The notes under the pieces: generated by a model | Told to the model about the DNA's origin: nothing | The model's database searches: none | What the model saw: only the letters and a program-made list of their open reading frames with translations | From: a virus | Taxonomy: Duplodnaviria > Caudoviricetes | Length of the DNA stretch: 64,000 bases | Virus record (IMG/VR): IMGVR_UViG_3300006919_000052 | Span: 339-64,338 of that record | Direction: 5' to 3' (one strand) | Position numbers and translations under genes: made by a program | Part shown: piece after piece, positions 48,850 to 56,814 of the stretch | Position numbering within the stretch: the stretch's first letter is position 1 | Layout of the letters: each line of letters begins with the position of its first letter

Positions 48850-50543
48850 AAAATTATACAATAGTTTCAGGTTTATGGGATCTAAACCGAGAAGGTAGAA
48901 AGTTTGAAGAACATTACATTCCCAGATTTAAAGAATTTTTAAAGATAGAAGCAAATATGATTTTATTTGTTCCTGCTTCATTAGAAAAACTTGTATGGGA
49001 ACATAGAAACCCAGATAATACTTTTGTTAAAGTATTTGAATTAGAGGATATAAAACAATTATACGCCCCACACTGGGATAAAACACAAGAAATTAGAAAG
49101 AACCCAGATTGGTATAATTTAACAGGTAAAGGAGGATGGTTACCTAATAGTCCTCAAGCATCATTAGAGTATTATAATCCTATAGTACAGTCTAAAATGT
49201 TTATGTTGCATGATGCTGTATGTTATAATAACTTTGAAACTGATTATTATTTTTGGGTTGATGCAGGTTTAACCAATACAGTTCCTGCTACACATCTAGG
49301 TGAAAACAATTGTTTAGATTATTTAACCGAATGTTCAAATCCCTTTTTATTTTTATCATACCCTTATGATGCAACCGATGAAATACATGGGTTTAAATAC
49401 CCTGAAATGAATGAAATTGCAGGGGAAAAAGTAAAATACGTTTGTAGAGGAGGTTTATTTGGTGGGCATAAAGAACAAATCAGAGAAGCTAACTCAACTT
49501 ACTATGCATTATTAACTCAAACCTTAGAAAGGGGCTTAATGGGTACAGAAGAAAGTATTTTTTCTATTATGGCTCATAAAGAACCAAATTTATATAGAAG
49601 ATTTGAATTAGATGGAAATGGTTTAGTAGTAAAATTTACAGAAGCTTTAGTAAATAAAGATGTTAAATTAGTTGATATTCCTAAAAATTCTAAACTTAAT
49701 AAAAAAATATCTATATGGGATCTAAAAAACCTAAAAACAAATTTATATATTTTAACATTTAATTTTCCAAAACAGTTGGAATTTACATTAAAAACAATGG
49801 AAAAAACTCCTGAATGGTTGGAGAAACCCCATTTAGTATTATTAGATAATTCTACAGACGAAAAAGCTAAAGCTAAAAATAAAAAAATAGCAAAAAAATA
49901 TAAATTTGAATATATTGATAATGGAGGTAATATAGGAATATGTGGAGGAAGACAAGCAGCAGCAGACCATTTTGATAAATCAGATGCTGATTATTATTTC
50001 TTTTTTGAAGATGATATGACATCAAATCCACCTTCAATGGAGGGGCAATTTTGTAGAAATGGCTTAAGAAAATTTATTCCTGATTTATATAATATATTAC
50101 ATACAATTATGTTAAAGGAAGACTTTGATTTTCTAAAATTATCATTTACAGAAGTATATTGGGATAATAATATTCAAACTAGTTGGTATAATGTTCCACA
50201 AGACATAAGAACTAGAGATTGGCCTAATTATGATAAATTACCTACCACTGGTAATGATCCTAATGCCCCTAGAACTATTTTTAATAAAATAAACACTTTA
50301 AGTGGAGTAGCTTATATAGATGGAGAAATTACTTATACAAATTGGCCTATGATTGTTTCTAAAAAAGGCAATAAAAAAATGTTTATAGATACAAAATGGG
50401 ATCATCCTTATGAACAAACTTGGATGTCCTATATGTACCAAGAAACTAAAAAAGGCAATTTACATCCTGCAGTTTTATTAGCTTCTCCTATATGGCATGA
50501 ACGTATTCATTATTACAAACCTGAGGAACGAAGAGAAAATTAA
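48846..50543 (+). CDS. HtrL/YibB (WlaTC)-like domain fused to a GT2-like domain
   Basis: TIVSGLWDL.R, YNPIVQSKMFML, YYFWVDAG, GGLFGG; second half LLDNS, NIGICGGR, FFEDD. Confidence 0.75.
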   Translation: MKNYTIVSGLWDLNREGRKFEEHYIPRFKEFLKIEANMILFVPASLEKLVWEHRNPDNTFVKVFELEDIKQLYAPHWDKTQEIRKNPDWYNLTGKGGWLPNSPQASLEYYNPIVQSKMFMLHDAVCYNNFETDYYFWVDAGLTNTVPATHLGENNCLDYLTECSNPFLFLSYPYDATDEIHGFKYPEMNEIAGEKVKYVCRGGLFGGHKEQIREANSTYYALLTQTLERGLMGTEESIFSIMAHKEPNLYRRFELDGNGLVVKFTEALVNKDVKLVDIPKNSKLNKKISIWDLKNLKTNLYILTFNFPKQLEFTLKTMEKTPEWLEKPHLVLLDNSTDEKAKAKNKKIAKKYKFEYIDNGGNIGICGGRQAAADHFDKSDADYYFFFEDDMTSNPPSMEGQFCRNGLRKFIPDLYNILHTIMLKEDFDFLKLSFTEVYWDNNIQTSWYNVPQDIRTRDWPNYDKLPTTGNDPNAPRTIFNKINTLSGVAYIDGEITYTNWPMIVSKKGNKKMFIDTKWDHPYEQTWMSYMYQETKKGNLHPAVLLASPIWHERIHYYKPEERREN

Positions 50544-50551
50544 TATTTATA
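50543..50551 (+). promoter_or_regulatory. class II promoter motif ATATTTATA
   Basis: 14 nt upstream of the ATG at 50566. Confidence 0.6.
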
Positions 50552-50565
50552 TTAAATCATAAATT

Positions 50566-51051
50566 ATGAGTTGGACCTATAAAACACACAAAATAGGAGA
50601 CATTACTCAATTCCCAGAAAATACATTCGGTTTCGTTTATATTACAACACACAAACCTACGGGTAAGTCTTATATTGGGAAAAAGGTATTGTTTCATAAT
50701 AAAAAAAAGAGACTCGGAAAAAAAGAGTTAGCTGCCTTAACTGGAATTGTTGGTCGTCGCCCTACATACAAATTAGAAGTTAAAGAATCAGATTGGAAAA
50801 AATATTATGGTTCTCAAAAAGATATTAAACAATTACTTTTAGAAGGTAAAAAAGATGAATTTGAACGTATAATTTTAAGAATGTGTCCTGATAAAAAATC
50901 AATGACATATTTTGAAACTAAGTATCAAATGATATATCAAGTTTTAGAAAAACCAGATGAATTTTTTAATGATAATATTTTAGGTAAATTTTTTACAAAA
51001 GACTTAAAAGATATTAACTACGAAGATCCTTTGGAAATTAAAATACATTAG
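50566..51051 (+). CDS. GIY-YIG family endonuclease (Seg-like)
   Basis: GFVYITTHKPTGKSYIGKK...DWKKYYGS...FER.IL...E...FNDNI. Confidence 0.8.
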   Translation: MSWTYKTHKIGDITQFPENTFGFVYITTHKPTGKSYIGKKVLFHNKKKRLGKKELAALTGIVGRRPTYKLEVKESDWKKYYGSQKDIKQLLLEGKKDEFERIILRMCPDKKSMTYFETKYQMIYQVLEKPDEFFNDNILGKFFTKDLKDINYEDPLEIKIH

Positions 51052-51059
51052 TGTATATT
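51030..51059 (+). promoter_or_regulatory. class I promoter variant TTTGG-N17-TGTATATT for primase
   Basis: TTTGG 51030-51034, TGTATATT 51052-51059. Confidence 0.65.
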
Positions 51060-51066
51060 ACCCCAT

Positions 51067-51996
51067 ATGGTAAACCAGTTATTAGTTACATTAGTAAACT
51101 CTGTAATGGGTTCAGGCAAGGCAACTGCTAGAAACAATTATGCCTATCACTGTCCATTCTGTCACCATCATAAACCTAAAATGGAGGTTAATCTAACAGA
51201 AAATCGTGAAGGTAAAAATCCTTGGCATTGTTGGGCTTGTGATGTAAGAGGTACTACTATATATTCTTTATTTAAACAATTAAAAGTAGATGTAAGTAAA
51301 TTTACAGAACTTAAATCATTAGTAAAAACTTCTAAATCAATAAAAGAAACACAAGTTGCATCTAATGTTGTATTACCTAATGAATATATTGGCCTAAATA
51401 ACGTTGATAACAGCGGAATTATGGCTAGGCACGCGCTTGCGTACCTAAAAAAAAGACACATTAGTAAATACGATATAATAAAGTACAATATAGGATATTG
51501 TAAAGAAGGATTATATAAAAATATGATTATAATCCCAACATATGATGCTGAGGGTAGATTAAATTATTTTACTGCTCGTTCCTTTGAAAAAGAACCATAC
51601 ATTAAATATCGTAACCCATCAGCAAGTAGAGATGTAGTACCTAATGAACATTTAATTAATTGGAATATACCAATTATTTTATGTGAAGGATTATTTGATG
51701 CTATTGCTATAAAAAGAAACGCAATCCCACTATTAGGGAAAAACATACAGAGTAGCTTAATGAAAAAAATAGTTACCTCTGTAGTAGATAAAATTTATAT
51801 TGCATTAGATAGGGATGCAATTAAACAAGCTTTAAAATTCTGTGAAAAATTAATGGCAGAAGGTAAAGAAGTCTATCTTGTAGATTTACAAGATAAGGAC
51901 CCGAGTGAAATGGGTTTCGAAAATTTCACTAGACTTATTCAAAACACAGTACCATTAACCTACTATGATTTAATGGAACACAAACTAGCTATATGA
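51067..51996 (+). CDS. DNA primase (Zn finger plus TOPRIM)
   Basis: CPFC..WHCWAC, YLKKR, IIIP, LCEGLFDA, ALDRDA, KDPSE. Confidence 0.9.
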   Translation: MVNQLLVTLVNSVMGSGKATARNNYAYHCPFCHHHKPKMEVNLTENREGKNPWHCWACDVRGTTIYSLFKQLKVDVSKFTELKSLVKTSKSIKETQVASNVVLPNEYIGLNNVDNSGIMARHALAYLKKRHISKYDIIKYNIGYCKEGLYKNMIIIPTYDAEGRLNYFTARSFEKEPYIKYRNPSASRDVVPNEHLINWNIPIILCEGLFDAIAIKRNAIPLLGKNIQSSLMKKIVTSVVDKIYIALDRDAIKQALKFCEKLMAEGKEVYLVDLQDKDPSEMGFENFTRLIQNTVPLTYYDLMEHKLAI

Positions 51997-52772
51997 TCAA
52001 AAAATCATACAATAGAATACTAGAGATCTCAGATGATCACAAACAAATTACTTTACCTGATTCAAGGTATTACAGACGTAATGGAGAATATTATCCTTCA
52101 ATTACTTATGTTTTAAATGCTTATCCAAAAGGCAAATATTTTGAAGATTGGCTTAAAAAAGTTGGATACAGTGCAGAATGGATTGTAAAAAAAGCAGGTG
52201 AAGAAGGTACAGCAGTACACGAAATGATTGAAGAATATTTTGAAGGTAAAGAATTAAAGTATTTAAATGATAATGGTCATCCCAAAATGCCCCCTCATGT
52301 TTGGCAAATGTTTTTACGTTTTGTTGATTTTTGGGAAACCTATAAACCAACATTAGTTGAAACAGAAGTATCGTTATTTTCAGATAAACTTAAAGTAGCA
52401 GGTACTTGTGATTTAGTATGTGAAATTGAAATAGATGGTAAAACAGAAAGATGGGTAATTGATTTTAAAACATCTAATCATTTACAAACAACTTACGATT
52501 TACAAGGAGCTGTTTACGCCCAATGTTATGAAGAATGCTATGGTATGCCTGTAGATAGAGTAGGTGTATTATGGTTAAAATCTAAATCTAGAGGTGCAGA
52601 TAAAGCAGGTAAACGTTTAAAAGGTAAAAATTGGGAAGTTTATGAATCACCTCGTACACAAGATCAAAATATAGATATATTCCAATCAGTAAAAAAATTA
52701 TTTGATCTAGAAAATCCAAAGCATAAACCTGCGACACAAAAATTTGAAACCATAGTAAAAAGAACCGTTTAA
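51993..52772 (+). CDS. PD-(D/E)XK exonuclease
   Basis: YPSIT.VL, GTAVH, AGTCDLV, IDFKTS, QGAVYA. Confidence 0.88.
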   Translation: MIKKSYNRILEISDDHKQITLPDSRYYRRNGEYYPSITYVLNAYPKGKYFEDWLKKVGYSAEWIVKKAGEEGTAVHEMIEEYFEGKELKYLNDNGHPKMPPHVWQMFLRFVDFWETYKPTLVETEVSLFSDKLKVAGTCDLVCEIEIDGKTERWVIDFKTSNHLQTTYDLQGAVYAQCYEECYGMPVDRVGVLWLKSKSRGADKAGKRLKGKNWEVYESPRTQDQNIDIFQSVKKLFDLENPKHKPATQKFETIVKRTV

Positions 52773-52780
52773 TATTTATA
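52772..52780 (+). promoter_or_regulatory. class II promoter motif ATATTTATA
   Basis: 12 nt upstream of the LamG cassette. Confidence 0.65.
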
Positions 52781-52792
52781 ACAAAATATCAA

Positions 52793-53482
52793 ATGGGATT
52801 CTATAGAGGACCAAATATAGTAAAAGATGATTTAGCATTAGCCCTTGACTTTGCTTCCCCAAGATGTTGGACAGCAGGCTCGACAACAGCATATGACCTT
52901 ACTGCTAATAATAATAATGCAACGGTTAATGGTTCACCCGCTACCCAAGATGCGGGAACTCCAGCTCAAAATATGTATTTTGATGGTAGTAATGATTATT
53001 TGCAAATATCAGCGAATGAAACCTCTTTAAGTTTTAAACCTGGTCAGACCATAGGAATGTGGGTTTACCACCCGGGTATTAGCGGAAGAAGAAATTTATG
53101 GGATCAAGCATATGGGGGCTATGGTACTTGGACTCATGAACAAGGAGGAACTATTAGTTATTATTATGGGAGTAATGGGGGTAATGCACAATCATATAAG
53201 GGGTTTAGTAGTATGGATGTACCAGAAAATGGATGGCAATATATAACAAGTACAAGATACACAGGAGGAGCAAAATGGTATTTAAATGGCTCGCTAGAAG
53301 TAACAACAACAGATAGCTACACTCCCATGAGTGCAACTACAACAAACAATATTAGAATAGGACTAGGATATACTGGAGTATATTTTCAAGGGAATATAGC
53401 ATTAATACATGCCTACACTAGAGGACTTTCTGATAGTGAGGTTTTACAAAATTATAACGCGTTAAAAGGAAGATTTATATAA
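52793..53482 (+). CDS. LamG/concanavalin A-like lectin domain protein
   Basis: GPNIV.DDL.LALD, FDGSNDY, WQYI, YLNG, AYTRGLSDSEVLQNYNA. Confidence 0.88.
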   Translation: MGFYRGPNIVKDDLALALDFASPRCWTAGSTTAYDLTANNNNATVNGSPATQDAGTPAQNMYFDGSNDYLQISANETSLSFKPGQTIGMWVYHPGISGRRNLWDQAYGGYGTWTHEQGGTISYYYGSNGGNAQSYKGFSSMDVPENGWQYITSTRYTGGAKWYLNGSLEVTTTDSYTPMSATTTNNIRIGLGYTGVYFQGNIALIHAYTRGLSDSEVLQNYNALKGRFI

Positions 53483-54222
53483 TGGGGGTATTTTCAGGAC
53501 ATTACACAAGCGTAGATCAAGTAAAAGGACCATCTGGTTTTTATAACATTTATACTAGCGAAGGCCCCGTTTGTACTTATGTAGACCAAGATTATGATGG
53601 TGGTGGTTGGGCTATGGTTTTAGCCAATAGAGGAGGTACAGCGGGTATGAACAATCTTAGTTATAGTGATGCTATAAATAAATCTAATTATAGAACAGAA
53701 CCATCATCAGATGATTCAACAAATACGGTACATGGTGTTAACCCATCTTTAACAAATTTAGGTTTAAGTGATGTTAATACTTTTATAGGTTTAAAATTTT
53801 GGTTTGAATTAGCTGGTAGAGTAGTAACAGATAAAGTAACTATAGTACAATTTGTATCATCAACACACGGAACAGCTTTAAGTGCTACAAGTTCACATAA
53901 TCATAGATATAGATGGCGTTTTGATGGTTGGGGAACCGGTTATTCATTTACTAATTCCGTTGCAGTTACTGATGAAACAGGTACTGGTTCTCCTGGTTTT
54001 TATAGTTACCATTCAAAAGGTAGCCGTAAGTTAACTACTTATGATAATGACCAAGATTCAAATGGTGGAAATTGTTCTACGTATTATAATAATAATCCTT
54101 TTTGGTATGGCAGTTGTTGGTCAGGAAATTATTTTGCTGGGGGAGGATATAACGATAGACCTTACTGGACTAGTTCTAATTCAGCTAATTCTCACATCTA
54201 TGGTGCAGTTTATATAAAATAA
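53482..54222 (+). CDS. fibrinogen-related domain (FReD) protein
   Basis: SGFYNI...YVDQDYDGGGW, FIGL, TTYDNDQD..GNCS...FWYGSCWSGN. Confidence 0.8.
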   Translation: MGVFSGHYTSVDQVKGPSGFYNIYTSEGPVCTYVDQDYDGGGWAMVLANRGGTAGMNNLSYSDAINKSNYRTEPSSDDSTNTVHGVNPSLTNLGLSDVNTFIGLKFWFELAGRVVTDKVTIVQFVSSTHGTALSATSSHNHRYRWRFDGWGTGYSFTNSVAVTDETGTGSPGFYSYHSKGSRKLTTYDNDQDSNGGNCSTYYNNNPFWYGSCWSGNYFAGGGYNDRPYWTSSNSANSHIYGAVYIK

Positions 54223-54227
54223 AAAAT

Positions 54228-54437
54228 ATGGCAATAGAAATAAAACCAATGAAATTAATTTTTTCAAGAACTGAAACTACTTGGAAAAAAGTAGTAGAAG
54301 ATCTAAATGGTCTTTTAATATACGAAGAAATAAATCCAATAATAGAAGAACCAACAGAGGAGGAATTTGATGCTTGGGAAACACAAACGTGTTCCCTACC
54401 ACAATGGAATATAGTTGAAGTAATAAGATTTATATAA
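54228..54437 (+). CDS. hypothetical protein
   Basis: 69 aa ORF inside the lectin cassette. Confidence 0.6.
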   Translation: MAIEIKPMKLIFSRTETTWKKVVEDLNGLLIYEEINPIIEEPTEEEFDAWETQTCSLPQWNIVEVIRFI

Positions 54438-55132
54438 TGGCATTTTTTAGAGGACCAAATGTAGTTCAGGACAATTTAATAGTATCTTTAGATGCCGCAT
54501 CTTCCAGATCATACCCAGGTAGTGGAACAGTTTGGTATGACTTAAGTGGTAAGGGTGTTAATCTTAACAGTTCAGGTTCCCCTACTTTAACTACACTAGG
54601 AGGAGCAACTTGTTTTAATTTTGATCAAGATGGGGATGTATTTTCAGGACCCACTGGAGGTATACCTTCTACTGTTAATACTAATACTACCCAAAGAACA
54701 TTAGAAGCATGGTTATATCCTGCATCTTCTGAAGTAACAAGTGGTGATAGAGGAACTATAATTCTATTAAATGGGGGAAGTGGGAATTATATGTCTATAA
54801 CTAAAAGTAGTAGACAATTATCTAGTTATTGGTATGGAAAAAACAATAATGGATACCATCAAGGAGCACCTGCAATTACAAATCAAACATGGAATCATTG
54901 GTGTACTGTATGGACTGGGAGTGAACTTAAACAATGGCAAAATGGAACAAAATATACTACTAATAATATTACAGGTACTAGTACTCGTAATACTAATTTA
55001 ATAATAGGTAGAGAATCCTCAGGTAGACAATATGCAGGAGGAATTGCTATAATACGTATTTATAATAGTGCATTAACTGATAGTCAAGTAGAACAAAATT
55101 GGAATGCACAAAAATCAAGATTCGGAAGATAA
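54437..55132 (+). CDS. LamG/concanavalin A-like lectin domain protein
   Basis: LDAASSRSYPGSGTVWYDLSG, WNH, IYNSALTDSQVEQNWNA. Confidence 0.9.
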   Translation: MAFFRGPNVVQDNLIVSLDAASSRSYPGSGTVWYDLSGKGVNLNSSGSPTLTTLGGATCFNFDQDGDVFSGPTGGIPSTVNTNTTQRTLEAWLYPASSEVTSGDRGTIILLNGGSGNYMSITKSSRQLSSYWYGKNNNGYHQGAPAITNQTWNHWCTVWTGSELKQWQNGTKYTTNNITGTSTRNTNLIIGRESSGRQYAGGIAIIRIYNSALTDSQVEQNWNAQKSRFGR

Positions 55133-55782
55133 TGTATTCAGGACCACACACAGTAACAAACGGTTTAGTTTTTGCAGCAGAACCAACTTCAGTCAGATCT
55201 TATCCTAGAACAGGAACAGTTTGGAAAGATATAAGTAAAGAACGCCACAATACAACAATCCCATCAGGTGCTTGGACAAATAGCTTTAATGGTTATATGA
55301 ATTATACAAGCGATCAAACTTCTATAATATCTCCTAGTGCGTGGAGGGGCACTGATGAGTTAACAATAGAAATGTGGTATAGACCAGCAACTAATGGTAT
55401 ACACACTGGATGTTGTGATACAATATTTGGTAGGTATGATTTTAGATTTTTCCAAATAAATGCTAATCTTTATACAATGATAAGTTTTAATAATGGGGGT
55501 AGATATTATCAACACCCTTCTTTTAGTGTGGCTTATGATCAATGGCATCATATAGTTGGGGCTCGTAGAGATAATAGGTTTATTATTTGGGCTGATGGGG
55601 TACAAAAACACAATTCAACTTTTGGAACTGGGCTACCTTTATATGATACCAGCGCCACATGGTATATTAGTACTACAAGACAATCAAATGTTGACTTTGG
55701 TAGCCTTAGAATATACAATAGAGGATTAACAGACTCAGAAATTTTACAAAACTTTAATGCTAGAAAAAACCTATATATATAA
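55132..55782 (+). CDS. LamG/concanavalin A-like lectin domain protein (start moved to the coupled ATG at 55132)
   Basis: MYSGP...SYPRTGTVWKDIS, TIEMW, WHHIVG, IYNRGLTDSEILQNFNA. Confidence 0.88.
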   Translation: MYSGPHTVTNGLVFAAEPTSVRSYPRTGTVWKDISKERHNTTIPSGAWTNSFNGYMNYTSDQTSIISPSAWRGTDELTIEMWYRPATNGIHTGCCDTIFGRYDFRFFQINANLYTMISFNNGGRYYQHPSFSVAYDQWHHIVGARRDNRFIIWADGVQKHNSTFGTGLPLYDTSATWYISTTRQSNVDFGSLRIYNRGLTDSEILQNFNARKNLYI

Positions 55783-55783
55783 T

Positions 55784-55942
55784 ATGGCAAATTTTATAAT
55801 AATTGAAGTCCCAGAAGACAAAATAGGAACCGATATATTACATAGTAATAAATATATGGTTGAAAATACCAGAGATTTAAGTAGATGGTTTGGTGCAAAT
55901 ACTAGACAAGAATGTACAGATTATATAAATAATTATACTTAA
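55784..55942 (+). CDS. hypothetical protein (52 aa)
   Basis: MANFIIIEVPEDK..., starts 1 nt after the previous stop. Confidence 0.55.
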   Translation: MANFIIIEVPEDKIGTDILHSNKYMVENTRDLSRWFGANTRQECTDYINNYT

Positions 55943-55943
55943 A

Positions 55944-55973
55944 TTTGGTTACCGGTAAAACTTTTCGTATATT
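55944..55973 (+). promoter_or_regulatory. class I promoter TTTGG-N17-CGTATATT
   Basis: TTTGG 55944-55948, CGTATATT 55966-55973; a class II variant ATATGTATA follows at 55993. Confidence 0.75.
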
Positions 55974-56013
55974 CATATCGTAAAATTCACTCATATGTAT
56001 AATAAAATATAGA

Positions 56014-56814
56014 ATGATAAAATTGTATAACTTAATAAAAGAACAATTAGAAAGACCAAAAGCTATTATCCTAGCTGGCGCTCCTGGAGCAGGTAAGGGA
56101 TATGTTTTACGTGGTTTAGACATTGATGGTATTAAGACACTTAATGTAGATAATACTTATATTAATTTATTAAAAAAAGCTAATGTATCATTAGATTTAA
56201 AAAATGCTGGTCCTAGAGATAGAAGTGAAGCAGCTAAAGCAATGGCATCAGCTAATAAAGAATTTAAAGGAAAAGTAGCAGCTACAATAGAAGGTAAAGA
56301 ACCTTTTATATTAGATGGAACAGCAGCATCAATTAAACAAACAGCTAATTTAAAAAAAGAATTAGAAGAAGCTGGATATGAAGTATTTATGCTTTATGTT
56401 TATACTGATTTAGAACGTTCACTTAAACAAAATCAAGATAGATTTGAAAAATCAGGTGGTGAAGATAGAAGTTTAGCCCCAGCTATAGTAATGAGAACAT
56501 GGGCCTCGGTTACTGATAATTATAAAGCATATGAAGCAATGTTTAAAAACAATTTTGTTTCCGTTGCTAATACATTAGAAGATAAAAAATTAAGTGATGT
56601 AGAGGATATAATAAAAAAATATTTAGATCCTTTTAAACCACAAGGAACAAAACCAAAAGATGCTAAGGCACAAGCAAGATCAGATAAATCAAAAGCTGCT
56701 TTAAATGCTAAATTAAAAGAACTAATCGCAGATGAAAATGTTCAAAATATAATAAATAATTCAGTTTCAAAAGAACAAGCACAAGAAGTATTAAGACAAT
56801 TTTTATCTAAATGA
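56014..56814 (+). CDS. P-loop kinase (zeta toxin/AAA_33-like)
   Basis: AIILAGAPGAGK, NVD, FILDGT, GYEVFMLYV.TDLE.SL.QN..R. Confidence 0.8.
   Translation: MIKLYNLIKEQLERPKAIILAGAPGAGKGYVLRGLDIDGIKTLNVDNTYINLLKKANVSLDLKNAGPRDRSEAAKAMASANKEFKGKVAATIEGKEPFILDGTAASIKQTANLKKELEEAGYEVFMLYVYTDLERSLKQNQDRFEKSGGEDRSLAPAIVMRTWASVTDNYKAYEAMFKNNFVSVANTLEDKKLSDVEDIIKKYLDPFKPQGTKPKDAKAQARSDKSKAALNAKLKELIADENVQNIINNSVSKEQAQEVLRQFLSK

Noticed and set aside
51993-52772. Cas4 / CRISPR adaptation gene
   Set aside because: Lacks the Cas4 Fe-S cysteine pattern; ordinary PD-(D/E)XK nuclease next to primase.
52793-55782. Diversity-generating retroelement targets
   Set aside because: No reverse transcriptase and no near-identical template/variable repeat pair in the window.
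56014-56814. Epsilon-zeta toxin-antitoxin module
   Set aside because: No antitoxin-like partner upstream; only the kinase fold is supported.
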